From contig JBMFRB010000007.1 of the NCBI GenBank assembly GCA_049968255.1, positions 107,813 through 171,812 on the forward strand: a DNA stretch of 64,000 bases, in the 5' to 3' direction. Positions within the stretch are counted from its first letter, which is position 1, and each line of letters starts with the position of its first letter. The translations under genes and the position numbers were made by a program. The DNA comes from Candidatus Sumerlaeaceae bacterium. GTDB lineage: Bacteria; Sumerlaeota; Sumerlaeia; Sumerlaeales; Sumerlaeaceae. Below, piece by piece: positions 50,317 to 61,458 of this stretch. Below the pieces are notes generated by a model. The model was not told where the DNA came from, searched no databases, and saw only the letters and a program-made list of their open reading frames with translations.

Positions 50317-51496
50317 GCTCGACGGCCTCCACAAAAGCGGGATCGTCAAACGGGAGAATTGAAGTACGCATGAGTAGCCTACCAAAAAGGACAATCCATA
50401 CAAGACCAAAAGCGCCAATAGCTAGAAGATCGGCGATTACCATAGCTGAGGTGAGGTGAGCCGTGATCGCCGGCCTAACCATGTATTCAATATCAAGAAA
50501 ACGCATAATCAGGATAAAGACTGCAACGGACATTAGCTTAGTAGGTTGCCTCTTAACGTTCTTTGACAACAGGATCAAGAAAGGTAAAGCAAAGTGGGCC
50601 ACGATCAGTGCAAGTGCAACAACCTGCCATCCACCACGGAGACGCTTGAGATAGTATGGGGCCTCTTCGGCTAGGTTTCCGGACCAAATGATAAGAAACT
50701 GAGAGAATGAAAGATATGCCCATAACATAACAAACGCAAGCAGTAATTTGCCGAAATCGTGGAAGTGCCGCTTCCCTAAATAAGCGCGGACCTCTTGCCT
50801 ATTTGCGAGAAGCGCCAAGACCACGATGCTAAACGCTAGAGCGCTAAGAAGTTGTCCTGCGACGAACAGTCCCCCAAAAAGAGACGAATACCAGTGTGGC
50901 TCGAGAGACATCACCCAGTCGATTGAAGCGAACGTCATGGTCAGACCGTACAGCACAACGCCAGGACCGCTCACTCTTGCACACTTCTGACGCGGTGACG
51001 TTACCCCCTGCTGATTGGCGATGCTTGGTCGAGCAAAGCGGACCAAAATGAGTGCGAGGGCGGTCCACACGAGGAAATAGATTATGCCACGCAAAGCAAA
51101 GCCTGATACGTTGAGGTAGGCAGCTTTTTTAACCAAGATAGGATCGGAAAGAGCCTCCGGGCGGGCCCATTCATAGAGCTGAGGCAGGCCAATTGCCGTA
51201 ATGATAGCAACTGGGATAGCAAAGAGTGGAATGGTGATACTTGCGGTCTCAAAAAGGCGACGTCCCATGACCCCCCAAGCCCCTCCGGTAAGGTATTGGA
51301 TCATGAGAAACGCGAGCCCGCCGGCCGCAATGTGAAACCAGTAGAGGAATCCAATAAGGATAGATGGCCAAACACCGGCATCTAGCTTAGCATGGTGTGA
51401 TGCCTGCCAGGCCGCACATGCAAGGGTCGTCGTACCGGCAAACATCGTGACTAATAGTGCAGTCGCCAAGCGGGATCGTACGCCTTTTCGGCTCAT
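50303..51496 (-). CDS. actF: Alternative complex III subunit ActF
   Basis: About 10 TM segments, DWVMSLEPHWYSS, HDFGKLL.AF..LWAYLSFSQFLIIWSGNL.EE. Confidence 0.85.
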   Translation of the reverse strand: MSRKGVRSRLATALLVTMFAGTTTLACAAWQASHHAKLDAGVWPSILIGFLYWFHIAAGGLAFLMIQYLTGGAWGVMGRRLFETASITIPLFAIPVAIITAIGLPQLYEWARPEALSDPILVKKAAYLNVSGFALRGIIYFLVWTALALILVRFARPSIANQQGVTSPRQKCARVSGPGVVLYGLTMTFASIDWVMSLEPHWYSSLFGGLFVAGQLLSALAFSIVVLALLANRQEVRAYLGKRHFHDFGKLLLAFVMLWAYLSFSQFLIIWSGNLAEEAPYYLKRLRGGWQVVALALIVAHFALPFLILLSKNVKRQPTKLMSVAVFILIMRFLDIEYMVRPAITAHLTSAMVIADLLAIGAFGLVWIVLFGRLLMRTSILPFDDPAFVEAVEHGKH

Positions 51497-52173
51497 TACA
51501 GATGTCCCTCCGATACCTGGTTTTGCTTGGGAACCGAGGGTGTGGAGACGTTGCCCGAAGTCACAGGAGCCAACTTTTCCCGCTCGCTGTCAGGCACTTC
51601 CGCCAGGGAGGCGCGCTGACTCCTTTGCAGGACACGAATATAAGCCGCGATCGCCCAGCGGTCTGCAACCGGTATGTGATTGTAACTAAACATCCGCCCA
51701 AAACCGTTTGTCATGACATCAAAAAAGTGACCTATTGGAGCAGAGACAAGTCGGTCTTCATGGAATGATGGTGGGCGAACCATGCCGCGTCGTACTATCA
51801 TCCCATCTCCGTTGCCAAGTCTACCATGACAAGGGGCGCAATAAATATTGAAGCGATCCTTCCCCCGTTCCAGTAACGCTCTGTCTAATTTGACAGGAAG
51901 GACTTGGGTTAGAGTCGTTCCGTCCATACCTGTAAACAACATGACGTCATCTCTGAGGAATCCCCTAGCCACAGTTCCTTCAGGTAGGGGCTTAACGCCC
52001 CGTCCATCCGCAAATACTTCAGATTCTTGGAGAGGCTTGATCTTTGGCTGATAACGCATGCGTTGATCGCATGCCGTCAAAGTGACCAGCATGACCAGCA
52101 TCCATGCCCAAATGGTGGGCGGACCGCTTCGCACTGTTTTTATGACACTATGCTTTTTACCAAGCAACTTCAC
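51496..52173 (-). CDS. actE: Alternative complex III monoheme cytochrome c lipoprotein ActE
   Basis: Lipobox LTAC, PEGTVARG, CAPCHG, DRWAIAAYIRVLQ. Start uncertain. Confidence 0.85.
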   Translation of the reverse strand: MKLLGKKHSVIKTVRSGPPTIWAWMLVMLVTLTACDQRMRYQPKIKPLQESEVFADGRGVKPLPEGTVARGFLRDDVMLFTGMDGTTLTQVLPVKLDRALLERGKDRFNIYCAPCHGRLGNGDGMIVRRGMVRPPSFHEDRLVSAPIGHFFDVMTNGFGRMFSYNHIPVADRWAIAAYIRVLQRSQRASLAEVPDSEREKLAPVTSGNVSTPSVPKQNQVSEGHL

Positions 52174-52702
52174 TTACCTCGAGCGGATTCAAAGAGCGCA
52201 GAAACTCTTTGGTCTTCTCTGTTTCAAATTTGGGATCGGCTTTTTCGATACACAGGAAAAAGCGGTCTTGAGATGCGCGTTCAAATGCTGGACAATTGAA
52301 AACTGGATGATGAGGAGAAGGAAAGCCGTTTAGCGCCAGCATGCCAAACACGGCAGATAGCGCGGCAAACAGAACGGTAAGTTCAAATGTGATTGGAATG
52401 TACATAGGCCAACTGTTTAATGGTTTTCCCCCTGCTACTAAGGGATAATCGATGACTTGAAAATAATAACACATGCTGAAGCCCAAAACTGCTCCGAGGC
52501 ACCCGCCTATGAGCACGATCAGTGGGACTTCATTGCGTTCGAGATTTAGTGCATGAAAGACTTCCTCGACCGGATAAGGGGAATAAGCATCTATGGCCCT
52601 ATAACCTGCTTCGTAAGCTTTTTTGGTGGCAACCGCCAAAGCCTCTGCAGTGTCGAACTCAGCTATTATTCCATAAAGTGGTTGTCTTCCTTCATGGTTC
52701 AT
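52157..52702 (-). CDS. actD: Alternative complex III subunit ActD (DUF3341)
   Basis: DAYSPYPV, GGKPLNSWP..IPITFELTVLF, DRFFLCI. Confidence 0.88.
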   Translation of the reverse strand: MNHEGRQPLYGIIAEFDTAEALAVATKKAYEAGYRAIDAYSPYPVEEVFHALNLERNEVPLIVLIGGCLGAVLGFSMCYYFQVIDYPLVAGGKPLNSWPMYIPITFELTVLFAALSAVFGMLALNGFPSPHHPVFNCPAFERASQDRFFLCIEKADPKFETEKTKEFLRSLNPLEVSEVAW

Positions 52703-54086
52703 GACGTTGCCTCTTTAGCCTTTTTCTGCTCGAGAAGCATTCTGACCTCGAAAATTGAAATCATGGGGACGAATCTCACAAAGAGAAACATCATCATGAG
52801 GAAAAAGCCAATCGTGCCGAGATAGAGTCCGTAATCCCAGATGGTGGGATAGTACATTCCCCATGACGAAGGGAGAAAATCGGCGTGCAGACTTGTGACC
52901 ACGATGACGAAACGTTCGAGCCACATGCCAACATTGACAATGATTGAGAGAACAAAGAGAGCCAACGGTGAGCGGCGGACCTTTTTGAGCCACAGGGCCT
53001 GGATTGCAATCACGTTACAAAAGATGAGGGCCCAGTAGAAGGGGGCATAAGGCCCTTGCATACGGTTTTTGAAGATCAGGAAGCGCTCGTAGTCGTTGCC
53101 CGAGTACCAGGCCATAAAGACTTCCATGAAATAACCATAGCCGACGATAAGGCCTGTCGCCAACATGACTTTTGCCATGTTTTCAAGGTGGCGCAGCGTG
53201 ATGAGGTCTTCCTTTTGAAGAATTTGCGGATTGGAATAGCGAGCGTGAGCACCATGGCAAATCCGCTGTAGATAGCTCCGGCCACAAAGTAGGGCGGGAA
53301 GATCGTTGCGTGCCAGCCAGGAATGATACCAACGGCGAAATCAAAACTCACCACGGTGTGCACACTGACTACGAGTGGCGTAGAAAGTCCCGCTAACAAG
53401 AGGTAGGCTGTTTCGTAACGAAACCAATGGCGAGCTGAGCCCCGCCAGCCAAGAGAAAGAATGGCGAAGATATACTTTGCGACGATGTTTTTGGCTCGAT
53501 CGCGCAGGGTGGCTAGGTCGGGAATGAGTCCTACGTACCAGAATAGCATCGAGACCGTCGCGTAGGTGGATACCGCAAACACATCCCACTCTAGGGGGCT
53601 ACGGAACTGTTGCCAAAGTGCATAAGTATTGGGGTGCGGTAGCATCCAGTACGCGAACCACGGTCGGCCAACGTGCAGGAGGGGAAACATGCCTGCACAC
53701 ATGACAGCAAAGATGGTCATAGCCTCTGCAAAACGGTTAATGGATGTTCTCCATTCCTGATTGAGTAAGAGCAAAATAGCTGAGATAAGGGTTCCGGCGT
53801 GACCAATTCCAATCCACCAAACGAAATTAATAATGGCGAAGCCCCATCCAACGGGAATGTTTATGCCCCAAATGCCAACGCCACGAAAGAGTAGCCACCC
53901 TATGGAGATGAACAGAACCATCACAAGCCCGGCACAAAGGGTAAATCCTGCTAACCAACCCGGGCGAAAGCTCGTGGTGAGAACTACCGAGCTAATTTTT
54001 TCCGTAACTGAAGTCAGCGAGTGGCCCGGTGCGATGATAGGATCGCTGTCCTGCGCAGACTGCTTTGCGAGACTAGGCGACGCCAT
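52699..54086 (-). pseudogene. actC: Alternative complex III quinol-binding subunit ActC (NrfD family), frameshifted
   Basis: [37 protein letters not shown]. One base is missing at the A-run 53216-53213; restoring it joins IPIRKFFK to [17 protein letters not shown]...GMWLERFVI. Confidence 0.85.
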
Positions 54087-57000
54087 GCTTTGTCGTGGCC
54101 TCCTTGTTGGTGGAGCTGAGGATAAGTTTCGGATTTGGGTTACGTACACTGCCCAAGTAAGTCGTTCGCGGACGTGTGTTGAGTTCTGTCAGCAATCCGT
54201 AGTTCAGCGGCGACGCTTTTAGTTTGGCTACGGCACTTTGGGGATCATTAAGATTGCCAAACACAATCGCATCCGTAGGGCAGGTAGCTTGGCATGCTGT
54301 CAGGATGTCGCCATCGCGAATTTCGCGAACTTCGTTTGTTGCCGCAATCCTTGCCTGACTGATGCGCTGCACACAGTAGGTGCATTTTTCCATGACGCCC
54401 CGCTGCCGCACTGTCACGTCGGGATTGCGCACGAGCTTGAGCGTGGGTGTTTTCCAATCCTGGTATTCTAAGAAATTGAAACGTCGAACTTTGTAGGGGC
54501 AGTTATTGGCACAGTAGCGCGTTCCAAGACACCGGTTATAAACCATGGCGTTGAGCCCCTCAGAATCATGCACGGTGGCCTGGACTGGGCAGACGGGCTC
54601 GCACGGGGCGTTTTCACACTGCATGCAATTGACCGGTTGATTATGAATCACAGGTGTTGCCGGCTCGCCTTCAAAGTATTGGTCAATCCGGATCCAGTGC
54701 ATTTCCCGGCTGCGCAAAACCTGATCTTTCCCCACGACGGGAATGTTGTTTTCTGCATGACAGGCCACCACGCAGGCGTTGCAGCCGATACATGCTGCCA
54801 GATCTATCACCATGCCCCATGCATATCCGTCGTACTTGTGAGGAGGATAGAGGCTTGCCGGCGGTGGCTCGTGGGCCACATGAGCCACAAAATGAGGATC
54901 TCGCTGATATTCTTCGAGCGTAGCTGTGCGCACAAGGTGACGGTTTTCCATGTTGAAATGCATCTGGGTGCGGGCAAGCGGTCCTCTTTTTCCTGTGCGT
55001 TTGACTGTCGCCCCTTCCACAGCTGCTTGGCCAGGGCTAGAACACAAAAGCAGCGCGTTGAACCCCCGATCGTTGCCGACACGGCCGGCGGCCTTGCGCC
55101 CATAACCAAGATGCACCGTAATGCAGCGGTCGGCATGGCCTGGCACGACGATCGCGCTGCCTTCCAGACGCCCGTGTGGAGTGGAAATTTCGAGGATATC
55201 GTCGTCGCGCACGTTGAGTCGCGCGGCCATAGCAGGAGCTATATGGATAGCGTTATCCCACGTGAGTTTGGTCACGGGCTTGGGCAGCTCCTGAAGCCAC
55301 CCGTTATTCGCAAATCTCCCATCGTAGACTGAAGGATCTGGCCGGAGGACAATTGCCAGTTCCGAGGCTTGCTTGGCTGGGGCTTTGAGCGAAGCCAAAT
55401 CGAGTTTTAAAGCTAACGGACTTGGCTGCGGTTTTGTCCCATCAATCACTCCATCGTGCAACGACGCGCGCCAGAAGTCTTCAAAACTTTTTCCCGCGGG
55501 CGCATGCTCACGCCAATATTCGCGAACGAGCTCGTAGCCAGGCTTATCCACCAAGCCAGTGAGCATGGCCATGATTTCAAGGAACGACTTCGTGCCGTAG
55601 AGCGGGGCAATAAGCGGCTGGACTACCACAGCGCTGCCATCGGCGCATCGGGTGTCGCACCACGCCTCCAGGTAATGAGAGACTGGGACGTGCCAGGTGG
55701 CCACGGATGCTGTTTCATCACGGTGGGTACTCGCATGAATTCGGATGCCGACGCGTTCGAGATTCTCTGCTAGGTGCAGTGAAGGCGGGGTCACTGCCAG
55801 CAAGTTGAGGCCGAGAGTGATGAGCAGCTCGACCCGACCCTGCTCGATCTCGCTGGCGAGCTCGGCCAACAATTGGCTTTGCTTGCCCGGGTGAGACTGA
55901 ACGGCGTCCACATATGCCACCGTTTTCCCCACATTGCCAAGGTGGTGGTTTATCGCGTGGCCGAGGGCATGGACCTCGGGTGGTAATGAATCGCCTACGA
56001 CCACTGCACTTGCAGCGCGGTGAGCCAGGAGATCATCGGCCACTGCATTGACCCAGTGCTGCCGATCGGGCGGCAAATCTGGAGCGGTCACCGGCATTCC
56101 CAGTTGTTTTGCAAGGGCAAACACCAACTCACAAATCTCAGTCGGAGGTAGGGCAAGACGGTGGTCGGCGGCCGTACCGGTGCATGTGGGGAACGACTCT
56201 ACAGCGTAAAAACGATTCAGGCCCCGTTCGTGGGCCCCAACCTTTCGCCGCGGCGCGAAATCCTTCGCATGAGCGATTGCTGCGGGATGATCGAAAAGAA
56301 AATCACTCTCAAAGGCAACGACTCTGTCGGCCAGGAGGAAGTCGTAAATAGTCTCAACTGGCTTACCGAAAGCAAGAGAGGCCCCTTGGTAAGCAGCGTC
56401 ACGCGAGATGGGCTCGAAGGAGATCCATTTTGCCTCGGGGAAGTCTCGAAGGAATTTCTCCAGCAACCTCAACATGGTTGGCGAGCTCATGGCTGGCGTG
56501 ACAATGCGGACTCCGCGCCCACCGAGACTTTTCTGTTTTTCGAGCAGGGGACGGACCTGTGAGACGAACTCACTCCAGGGCTCGATGAGTGGTCCGTGCG
56601 TGATGGTCTTGACGCGATCAGGATCATAAAGATCGAGCACAGACGCCTGCGCCCAGGCACTTGCAGCCCCCCTGCTCATGGGATGATCGGGGTTGCCTTC
56701 GATCTTCGTGGGGCGGCCAAAGTGACTCTCCACAAGGATCGGTTGGGCATAACCCCGCAGCTCAAAGGCCGTGGCGAAAAACAATGGTTTGCTTTCCGCC
56801 ACAAGCTCGGGCATCGTGCTGTAAGGCACAATGTTCTCGCGCGGACGTTGCACGCATGCCGAAAGTCCTGCAAGTGCCAGCGATGCTGCCATGAGCTGCA
56901 GGAATTGCCTGCGGCTGACGGGATCGACCCATCGCTCTGCTTCCGTGGGGAATTCTTGCTTTAGCAGCTCGTGGAACGCGGGGCTTTGCGCCAACTCGTC

Positions 57001-57135
57001 GAGGCTTCGCCAGTAGCGCGGGCCGCCGTGAGCAGCGAGTCGCTCGCGAACCTCCTCCATACTCAGCGGCCGACGCACTGGTAGCTCCGCGTTGGCTACT
57101 TGGTCAGCAACTTTTTGATCGCTTAGCGATGACAT
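54073..57135 (-). CDS. actB: Alternative complex III subunit ActB (molybdopterin-like domain + Fe-S domain)
   Basis: YWRSLDEL, Tat motif SRRQFL...[71 protein letters not shown]. Confidence 0.92.
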   Translation of the reverse strand: MSSLSDQKVADQVANAELPVRRPLSMEEVRERLAAHGGPRYWRSLDELAQSPAFHELLKQEFPTEAERWVDPVSRRQFLQLMAASLALAGLSACVQRPRENIVPYSTMPELVAESKPLFFATAFELRGYAQPILVESHFGRPTKIEGNPDHPMSRGAASAWAQASVLDLYDPDRVKTITHGPLIEPWSEFVSQVRPLLEKQKSLGGRGVRIVTPAMSSPTMLRLLEKFLRDFPEAKWISFEPISRDAAYQGASLAFGKPVETIYDFLLADRVVAFESDFLFDHPAAIAHAKDFAPRRKVGAHERGLNRFYAVESFPTCTGTAADHRLALPPTEICELVFALAKQLGMPVTAPDLPPDRQHWVNAVADDLLAHRAASAVVVGDSLPPEVHALGHAINHHLGNVGKTVAYVDAVQSHPGKQSQLLAELASEIEQGRVELLITLGLNLLAVTPPSLHLAENLERVGIRIHASTHRDETASVATWHVPVSHYLEAWCDTRCADGSAVVVQPLIAPLYGTKSFLEIMAMLTGLVDKPGYELVREYWREHAPAGKSFEDFWRASLHDGVIDGTKPQPSPLALKLDLASLKAPAKQASELAIVLRPDPSVYDGRFANNGWLQELPKPVTKLTWDNAIHIAPAMAARLNVRDDDILEISTPHGRLEGSAIVVPGHADRCITVHLGYGRKAAGRVGNDRGFNALLLCSSPGQAAVEGATVKRTGKRGPLARTQMHFNMENRHLVRTATLEEYQRDPHFVAHVAHEPPPASLYPPHKYDGYAWGMVIDLAACIGCNACVVACHAENNIPVVGKDQVLRSREMHWIRIDQYFEGEPATPVIHNQPVNCMQCENAPCEPVCPVQATVHDSEGLNAMVYNRCLGTRYCANNCPYKVRRFNFLEYQDWKTPTLKLVRNPDVTVRQRGVMEKCTYCVQRISQARIAATNEVREIRDGDILTACQATCPTDAIVFGNLNDPQSAVAKLKASPLNYGLLTELNTRPRTTYLGSVRNPNPKLILSSTNKEATTKHGVA

Positions 57136-57773
57136 ACCGTGCAACTCACCTTGCTTTGAATGTGGAGTTCTTGCACAAGCTGCTTTCCCACTTTGTCCTG
57201 ATCGCTCGGCTTTTTGTAGGTCATGTCGAACACCTTGTCCTTCGGCCGCACGAATTTCTCGGGATTGCGGTGGCACTCCAGGCACCACTGCATTTGAAGG
57301 CTGGCCGTCTGGAAAATCAGCGGCATGCGGTCCACAGCGCCGTGGCATTCAGCACAACCGATGCCCTTGTTGATGTGGGCGCTGTGGTTGAAGTAAACGT
57401 AGTCGGCCAGGCGATGAACTCGGACCCACTTGATAGGCTTGTCGGTTCGATAGCTTTCCCGTATTGGTTCGAGGATCGGAGCCTGCGTCCATACCTGCGA
57501 ATGGCAGTTCATGCAAACTTTTGTGGGGGGGATGCCCGCAAAAGCTGACGTTTCGACCGAAAAATGGCAGTACCGGCAATCAATCCCAAGGCCTGCCACG
57601 TGGTGCTCGTGGGTGAATTGAACCGGTTGATCAACAAATTCGTTTTAGCCTGTGTAGAGCGGAGAGCGAAAATAGGCGCCAAGTGCGCCGAGCACCGCCA
57701 CGGCCGTCAGTCCGACGACCACAATGCTCGCTTTCGCTTAGTAGTTCCAACGTTTGTCGAATAGCTGTGCCAC
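57123..57773 (-). pseudogene. actA: Alternative complex III pentaheme cytochrome c ActA with two in-frame TAA codons
   Basis: GTG 57773 gives MAQLFDKRWNY*AKASIVVVGL...RSPLYTG*NEFVDQPVQFTHEHH in frame with five CxxCH motifs. Stops at 57740-57738 and 57647-57645. Confidence 0.85.
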
Positions 57774-58371
57774 CGCTGTAGTCCGTCACCACGTCATCGA
57801 GATCTCGCACGCAACATGGGGTCACCCGAGGAAGGCGCCAGAGGCTTCCTAAGTACTCCCATGGCCACAGCCAGCTTGTTTGTTTTCTCATGGGTGCCTC
57901 CTCGTGTTGTCACGATGTACGCCTTGGATGTGAAGGAGGCTGGGCGGCTCTCGTTCTAGACGAGAGCCATCACTGTTGACGACATTATATAGTACGTGCT
58001 CAGTACATTATTTTGAAAAAAAGGACAAATTTCGTCCGGCAGCGCATCGTTTGCATGTGTAAGCGGATTTTCCGCCGTCAGAATGGCGCGCATGCGAAGT
58101 TGAGTCATCTTGGTAGAAGAAACTGGGCGCTTACGCAGAGAAAGGTGGCCGACGTGGCCTAGGCGGAAAACTCGCAAGCTCGTCGACCCGAAGCCCGTCA
58201 GGGGGCAACAGAGCTGAGGCCTAGGCGCGAATCATGAAATTACACGGCGTCTATGGCAGAAGGAAGTTATCACGACCGGCAGCGTTGCGTCTCACGGCGC
58301 GGGGCTCCGACATGGAGCACCCGGTCAGCGGGAGTCGATACGTGCCGCTGTGCGGTTTGCTAGGTGAGAAG

Positions 58372-59184
58372 CTAGATGGAGCGGCGTTTTTGCCAAACGT
58401 CGCGCCGGCGTGCCCAGAAGGCTGCAGCGTAGCACGCGGTGGAAATGAGAACCACGCACGCGCCAATGGGCAAATCCAGGACCCACGAGATAGTGAGCCC
58501 ACCAAGGGTGGCAAGTAGACCGAAGAGTGCAGCGTATCGCCGGACAGCGACCATGTCCTCGGCGATTTCAAAAGCTGCTGCGGCGGCGTTAGCCAACAGC
58601 GCGTACATAAGTAGCCCGCCAACGAGCTGAAGGTTCAGTGTGATGATCACCGAGGTAAGCGTCATGAAGACGATGAACACAGGGCGTGGATCGAACGCAT
58701 AAGTCTCGCTACGACGTGCGAAAATTAGTGCATCGAGCAAGCGCCCCGACACGCTGAGAAAGACACCCAACAGAACTGTGACTGCAAGAAGCAGAGCGGT
58801 TTCTGCTGGGCGCACGAACAGGATATTGCCCCACAGGAGCCCTAACAGTGATGACATTTCGCCCTTGGCAAGCCCGATGCCGAGAAATGCCACGCCCATG
58901 CTGGTAGAAAACACGATGCTGCTGAGCGCGCCTAAGTCACTCCGTACGGAAGAATAAGCAAGGCGCGCAAGCATTAGCCCCGTGCCCCACGCTGCACCAC
59001 CGGCCCAAAGCCAGACTGGCCCCCCGACGAGGTAGCCGATCACTGCGCCGGCCAGCGCGGCATGGGCCATCGCGATGCCAAGGAACGGCATTTCAAGTCC
59101 GACAAGATAAACGCCAAGCAGGCCACACGACACTCCGGAGCAGAGAGCAGCCAGGATCCAGGTCAAAACCATGCTGTCCCCCAA
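58372..59184 (-). CDS. Metal ABC transporter permease (ZnuB/MntB family)
   Basis: GLLGVYLV, AMAHAALAG, LLWGNIL, VGGLLMYALL, LDLPIGACVV. Confidence 0.88.
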   Translation of the reverse strand: MGDSMVLTWILAALCSGVSCGLLGVYLVGLEMPFLGIAMAHAALAGAVIGYLVGGPVWLWAGGAAWGTGLMLARLAYSSVRSDLGALSSIVFSTSMGVAFLGIGLAKGEMSSLLGLLWGNILFVRPAETALLLAVTVLLGVFLSVSGRLLDALIFARRSETYAFDPRPVFIVFMTLTSVIITLNLQLVGGLLMYALLANAAAAAFEIAEDMVAVRRYAALFGLLATLGGLTISWVLDLPIGACVVLISTACYAAAFWARRRDVWQKRRSI

Positions 59185-60038
59185 CGTGCCTCCGGTGATT
59201 CAATGGTGGCCCCAGATTCACTGCCAAAAAGATTCCGCCGCCACTCAGCAAATTCGGGGGCCTCCGGCGGGCCATCATAGACGACTTGTCCGCTGCTGAG
59301 CAGCGCCACGCGCTTACAAGACGCAGGCAGGTGGTGCGGATGGTGGGTCGTCATGATGATTGAGACGCGGCTTTCCCGCTGAAGCGATTCGAGGAGATCG
59401 ACAACGCGGCGTTGCCATGTGAGATCGAGGCCGCTTGTGGGTTCATCGAGCAACAGAAGATCTGGCTCTTGCCCCCAGGCTCGCGCGATTTGCACCTTTT
59501 GCTGCTCGCCGCCGGAAAGTACTCGGTAGGGGCGAGCAAGGAGCTCCGTAATTTGGAAGCGCTCGGCCACAGCGTGCAAGTGCTGGCGCTGAACGCGAGA
59601 AAGGCGTCCCCAAAGGCCGCGCCCGCCGAGCAAACCGGTGGCTAAAACATCGAAGGCGGTGAGTGGAATCATTGGGTTGTAGAGCGAGCGCTGCGCCACG
59701 TAGCCTACGCGGCACTTGAGTGCGGCGCGTGTGCGCGCATCGAGGCGGCTGACGTCGTTGCCCAGAAGCTCGTAACAACCGCTTGATGGTTCAAGGGCCA
59801 GCGCAAGCACTCGCAAAAGTGTGGTCTTGCCAGCACCATTGGGGCCAAGCACGGCGAGCAATTCTCCCGACGAGACGGCGAGGGTCACATCCGCGAGCAG
59901 TTGACGCCCGCGTACGACGCAACTTAGCCCTTTGAGCACGACCGTGGGTTTGTCCTCGCGCTGACAGAGCGAGGTGCGAATGGCGGACGCGTCGGAAGAT
60001 ACGGCAACAGAGTGAGCGCCGGTGGCCGGTGCGGTCAT
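59163..60038 (-). CDS. Metal ABC transporter ATPase
   Basis: GPNGAGKTT, LSGGEQQK, LLLDEPTSGLD, TTHH. Confidence 0.9.
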   Translation of the reverse strand: MTAPATGAHSVAVSSDASAIRTSLCQREDKPTVVLKGLSCVVRGRQLLADVTLAVSSGELLAVLGPNGAGKTTLLRVLALALEPSSGCYELLGNDVSRLDARTRAALKCRVGYVAQRSLYNPMIPLTAFDVLATGLLGGRGLWGRLSRVQRQHLHAVAERFQITELLARPYRVLSGGEQQKVQIARAWGQEPDLLLLDEPTSGLDLTWQRRVVDLLESLQRESRVSIIMTTHHPHHLPASCKRVALLSSGQVVYDGPPEAPEFAEWRRNLFGSESGATIESPEARWGTAWF

Positions 60039-60946
60039 TTCCTGCCTCCGGTGCCAGCGGGAGAAGTGGCGAGCAGATTCTCGACGTTGCGGCGGACTAG
60101 CGCCGTAAAGTTTGGCTCTTTAGCGGAAAGCTCAGGAAAATTGCTGAAGACGACGAGAGGTAGTCCGCTTGCTGAAGCAATGGCGCGGGCAGCTTGTGTT
60201 CCTTCTTGGAGGTTGGCTATCACGCCTGCCGCGTGGTGCGCACGTACCGCAGCAAACACTTTTTCTACGGCCGCGGGGCTTGCGGTGTCGGCGGCGGGCA
60301 GGGTGGCCACCACACGCAACCCAAGCCATTGGCAGAATTCGCGCTGATGGCGTGAGCTCACGACGGGCGCCCCGTTCCAACGCGATTCGACAACCTTCTT
60401 ACGGAGCTCGTGCGCAAGAGCATCGACCGTATGCGAAAGCGCAGCGAGTTGCTGGGAGAGTGCAGGCGAGGTTTCCGGTTCTGCTTCGGCTAATCGGCGC
60501 GCCAGAGTCTCGGCAGCTTCAAAGTAGGTCTGAGGAATGCACAAACCGCTGCCAGGGCTGATGATGATTGGCGCGGAGCTAAGCGCTGTGTCGTGCAAGC
60601 GCTGGGCGAGCTGCGACTGAAAATCGAAGAACACGGCCAGCCGCACCGCACGCAGCTGCTGCGCTTGCGAGGGGCGAATATCGAAATGGCCGGGGCAAGT
60701 TCCCGGCGGCACAATGCGCTCGATACACGCTGGAGGAATCCCGAGGTCGCTTAGGCATGATGCAAGCCAGGAGTTGCCAGCGGCCAGGGGACAGAGGCGT
60801 GCAAGCGAAGCGGTCGTCGGTGTATCGCCAGTTGCTAAGGCAGCAGCCGGCGTTGCCAGCATGACTGCAACAATCACGAAAAGCCAGGCAACACAAGAGT
60901 GCCAAAAACGACCGTATGCACATGAATGGTGTCGTATTTTACTCAT
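60035..60946 (-). CDS. Metal ABC transporter substrate-binding protein (ZnuA-like fold)
   Basis: Signal peptide ending AAALA, IVPPGTCPGHFDIRPSQ, HQREFCQWLGL, IANLQEG, FSNFP. Operon context. Confidence 0.75.
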   Translation of the reverse strand: MSKIRHHSCAYGRFWHSCVAWLFVIVAVMLATPAAALATGDTPTTASLARLCPLAAGNSWLASCLSDLGIPPACIERIVPPGTCPGHFDIRPSQAQQLRAVRLAVFFDFQSQLAQRLHDTALSSAPIIISPGSGLCIPQTYFEAAETLARRLAEAEPETSPALSQQLAALSHTVDALAHELRKKVVESRWNGAPVVSSRHQREFCQWLGLRVVATLPAADTASPAAVEKVFAAVRAHHAAGVIANLQEGTQAARAIASASGLPLVVFSNFPELSAKEPNFTALVRRNVENLLATSPAGTGGRK

Positions 60947-60992
60947 GGTGTACTTGTTATTCCTTTTCCATATTAACATATCTCTTTTTGCG

Positions 60993-61020
60993 GTGCACAC
61001 GATTTCTTAAATTTTATTAC
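60993..61020. promoter_or_regulatory. NikR-like operator candidate
   Basis: GTGCAC-N16 (AT-rich)-TATTAC, the 6-16-6 geometry of NikR sites, upstream of the metal-binding protein gene. Half-sites are imperfect. Confidence 0.3.
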
Positions 61021-61458
61021 GGCCAGGAGAGAGTAAATGTTCTTGTGAATATCGGTATGGGGGAACGTGCCGCGGTCGCACGTTCCTCAGCACATCGTCC
61101 TGGCGTTCTCGAGTGTGTGGTTGCGGTGGACACGTTACCTTTTCCGACGACGCTAGCCTACAGCTAGAGGCGCGTGATGTTGGGCGAGCATGGAAGGTCT
61201 TGCTCTTGCCGAGCACAACTTCCCCTACCGCATTGGCCACGTAGCAGAGTGGGCATGGTCTGCGCGTGGCATTATGGTCAGGCAAAGGAAAGAGGCACCT
61301 CGATAAGTGTATGCGCCCGGCCGCAAGCCGAGCGACCGGGAACTAAGGGGACGAAACACGACGTGAGAGAGAGAGTGCGCAAAATCGACACGCGAACACG
61401 CGTAGGTTGACTGTGGGGTGGGAAGTGATCGCAAAAATTGGCGGAGACGAATTCTGTG

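Noticed and set aside
57136-57348. N-terminal extension of actB in the ORF track
   Set aside because: It lies inside the actA heme-coding region in another frame.
46723-57740. Genome-wide reassignment of TAA as a sense codon to explain the three in-frame stops
   Set aside because: TAA terminates many intact genes here (tuf, rplF, rplR, cysK). The three sites appear to correspond to different residues, and a frameshift and missense lesions occur in the same operon.
60947-61400. Cobalamin or other known riboswitch upstream of the metal ABC operon
   Set aside because: I could not find the conserved B12-box or another aptamer core. An Infernal/Rfam scan would settle it.
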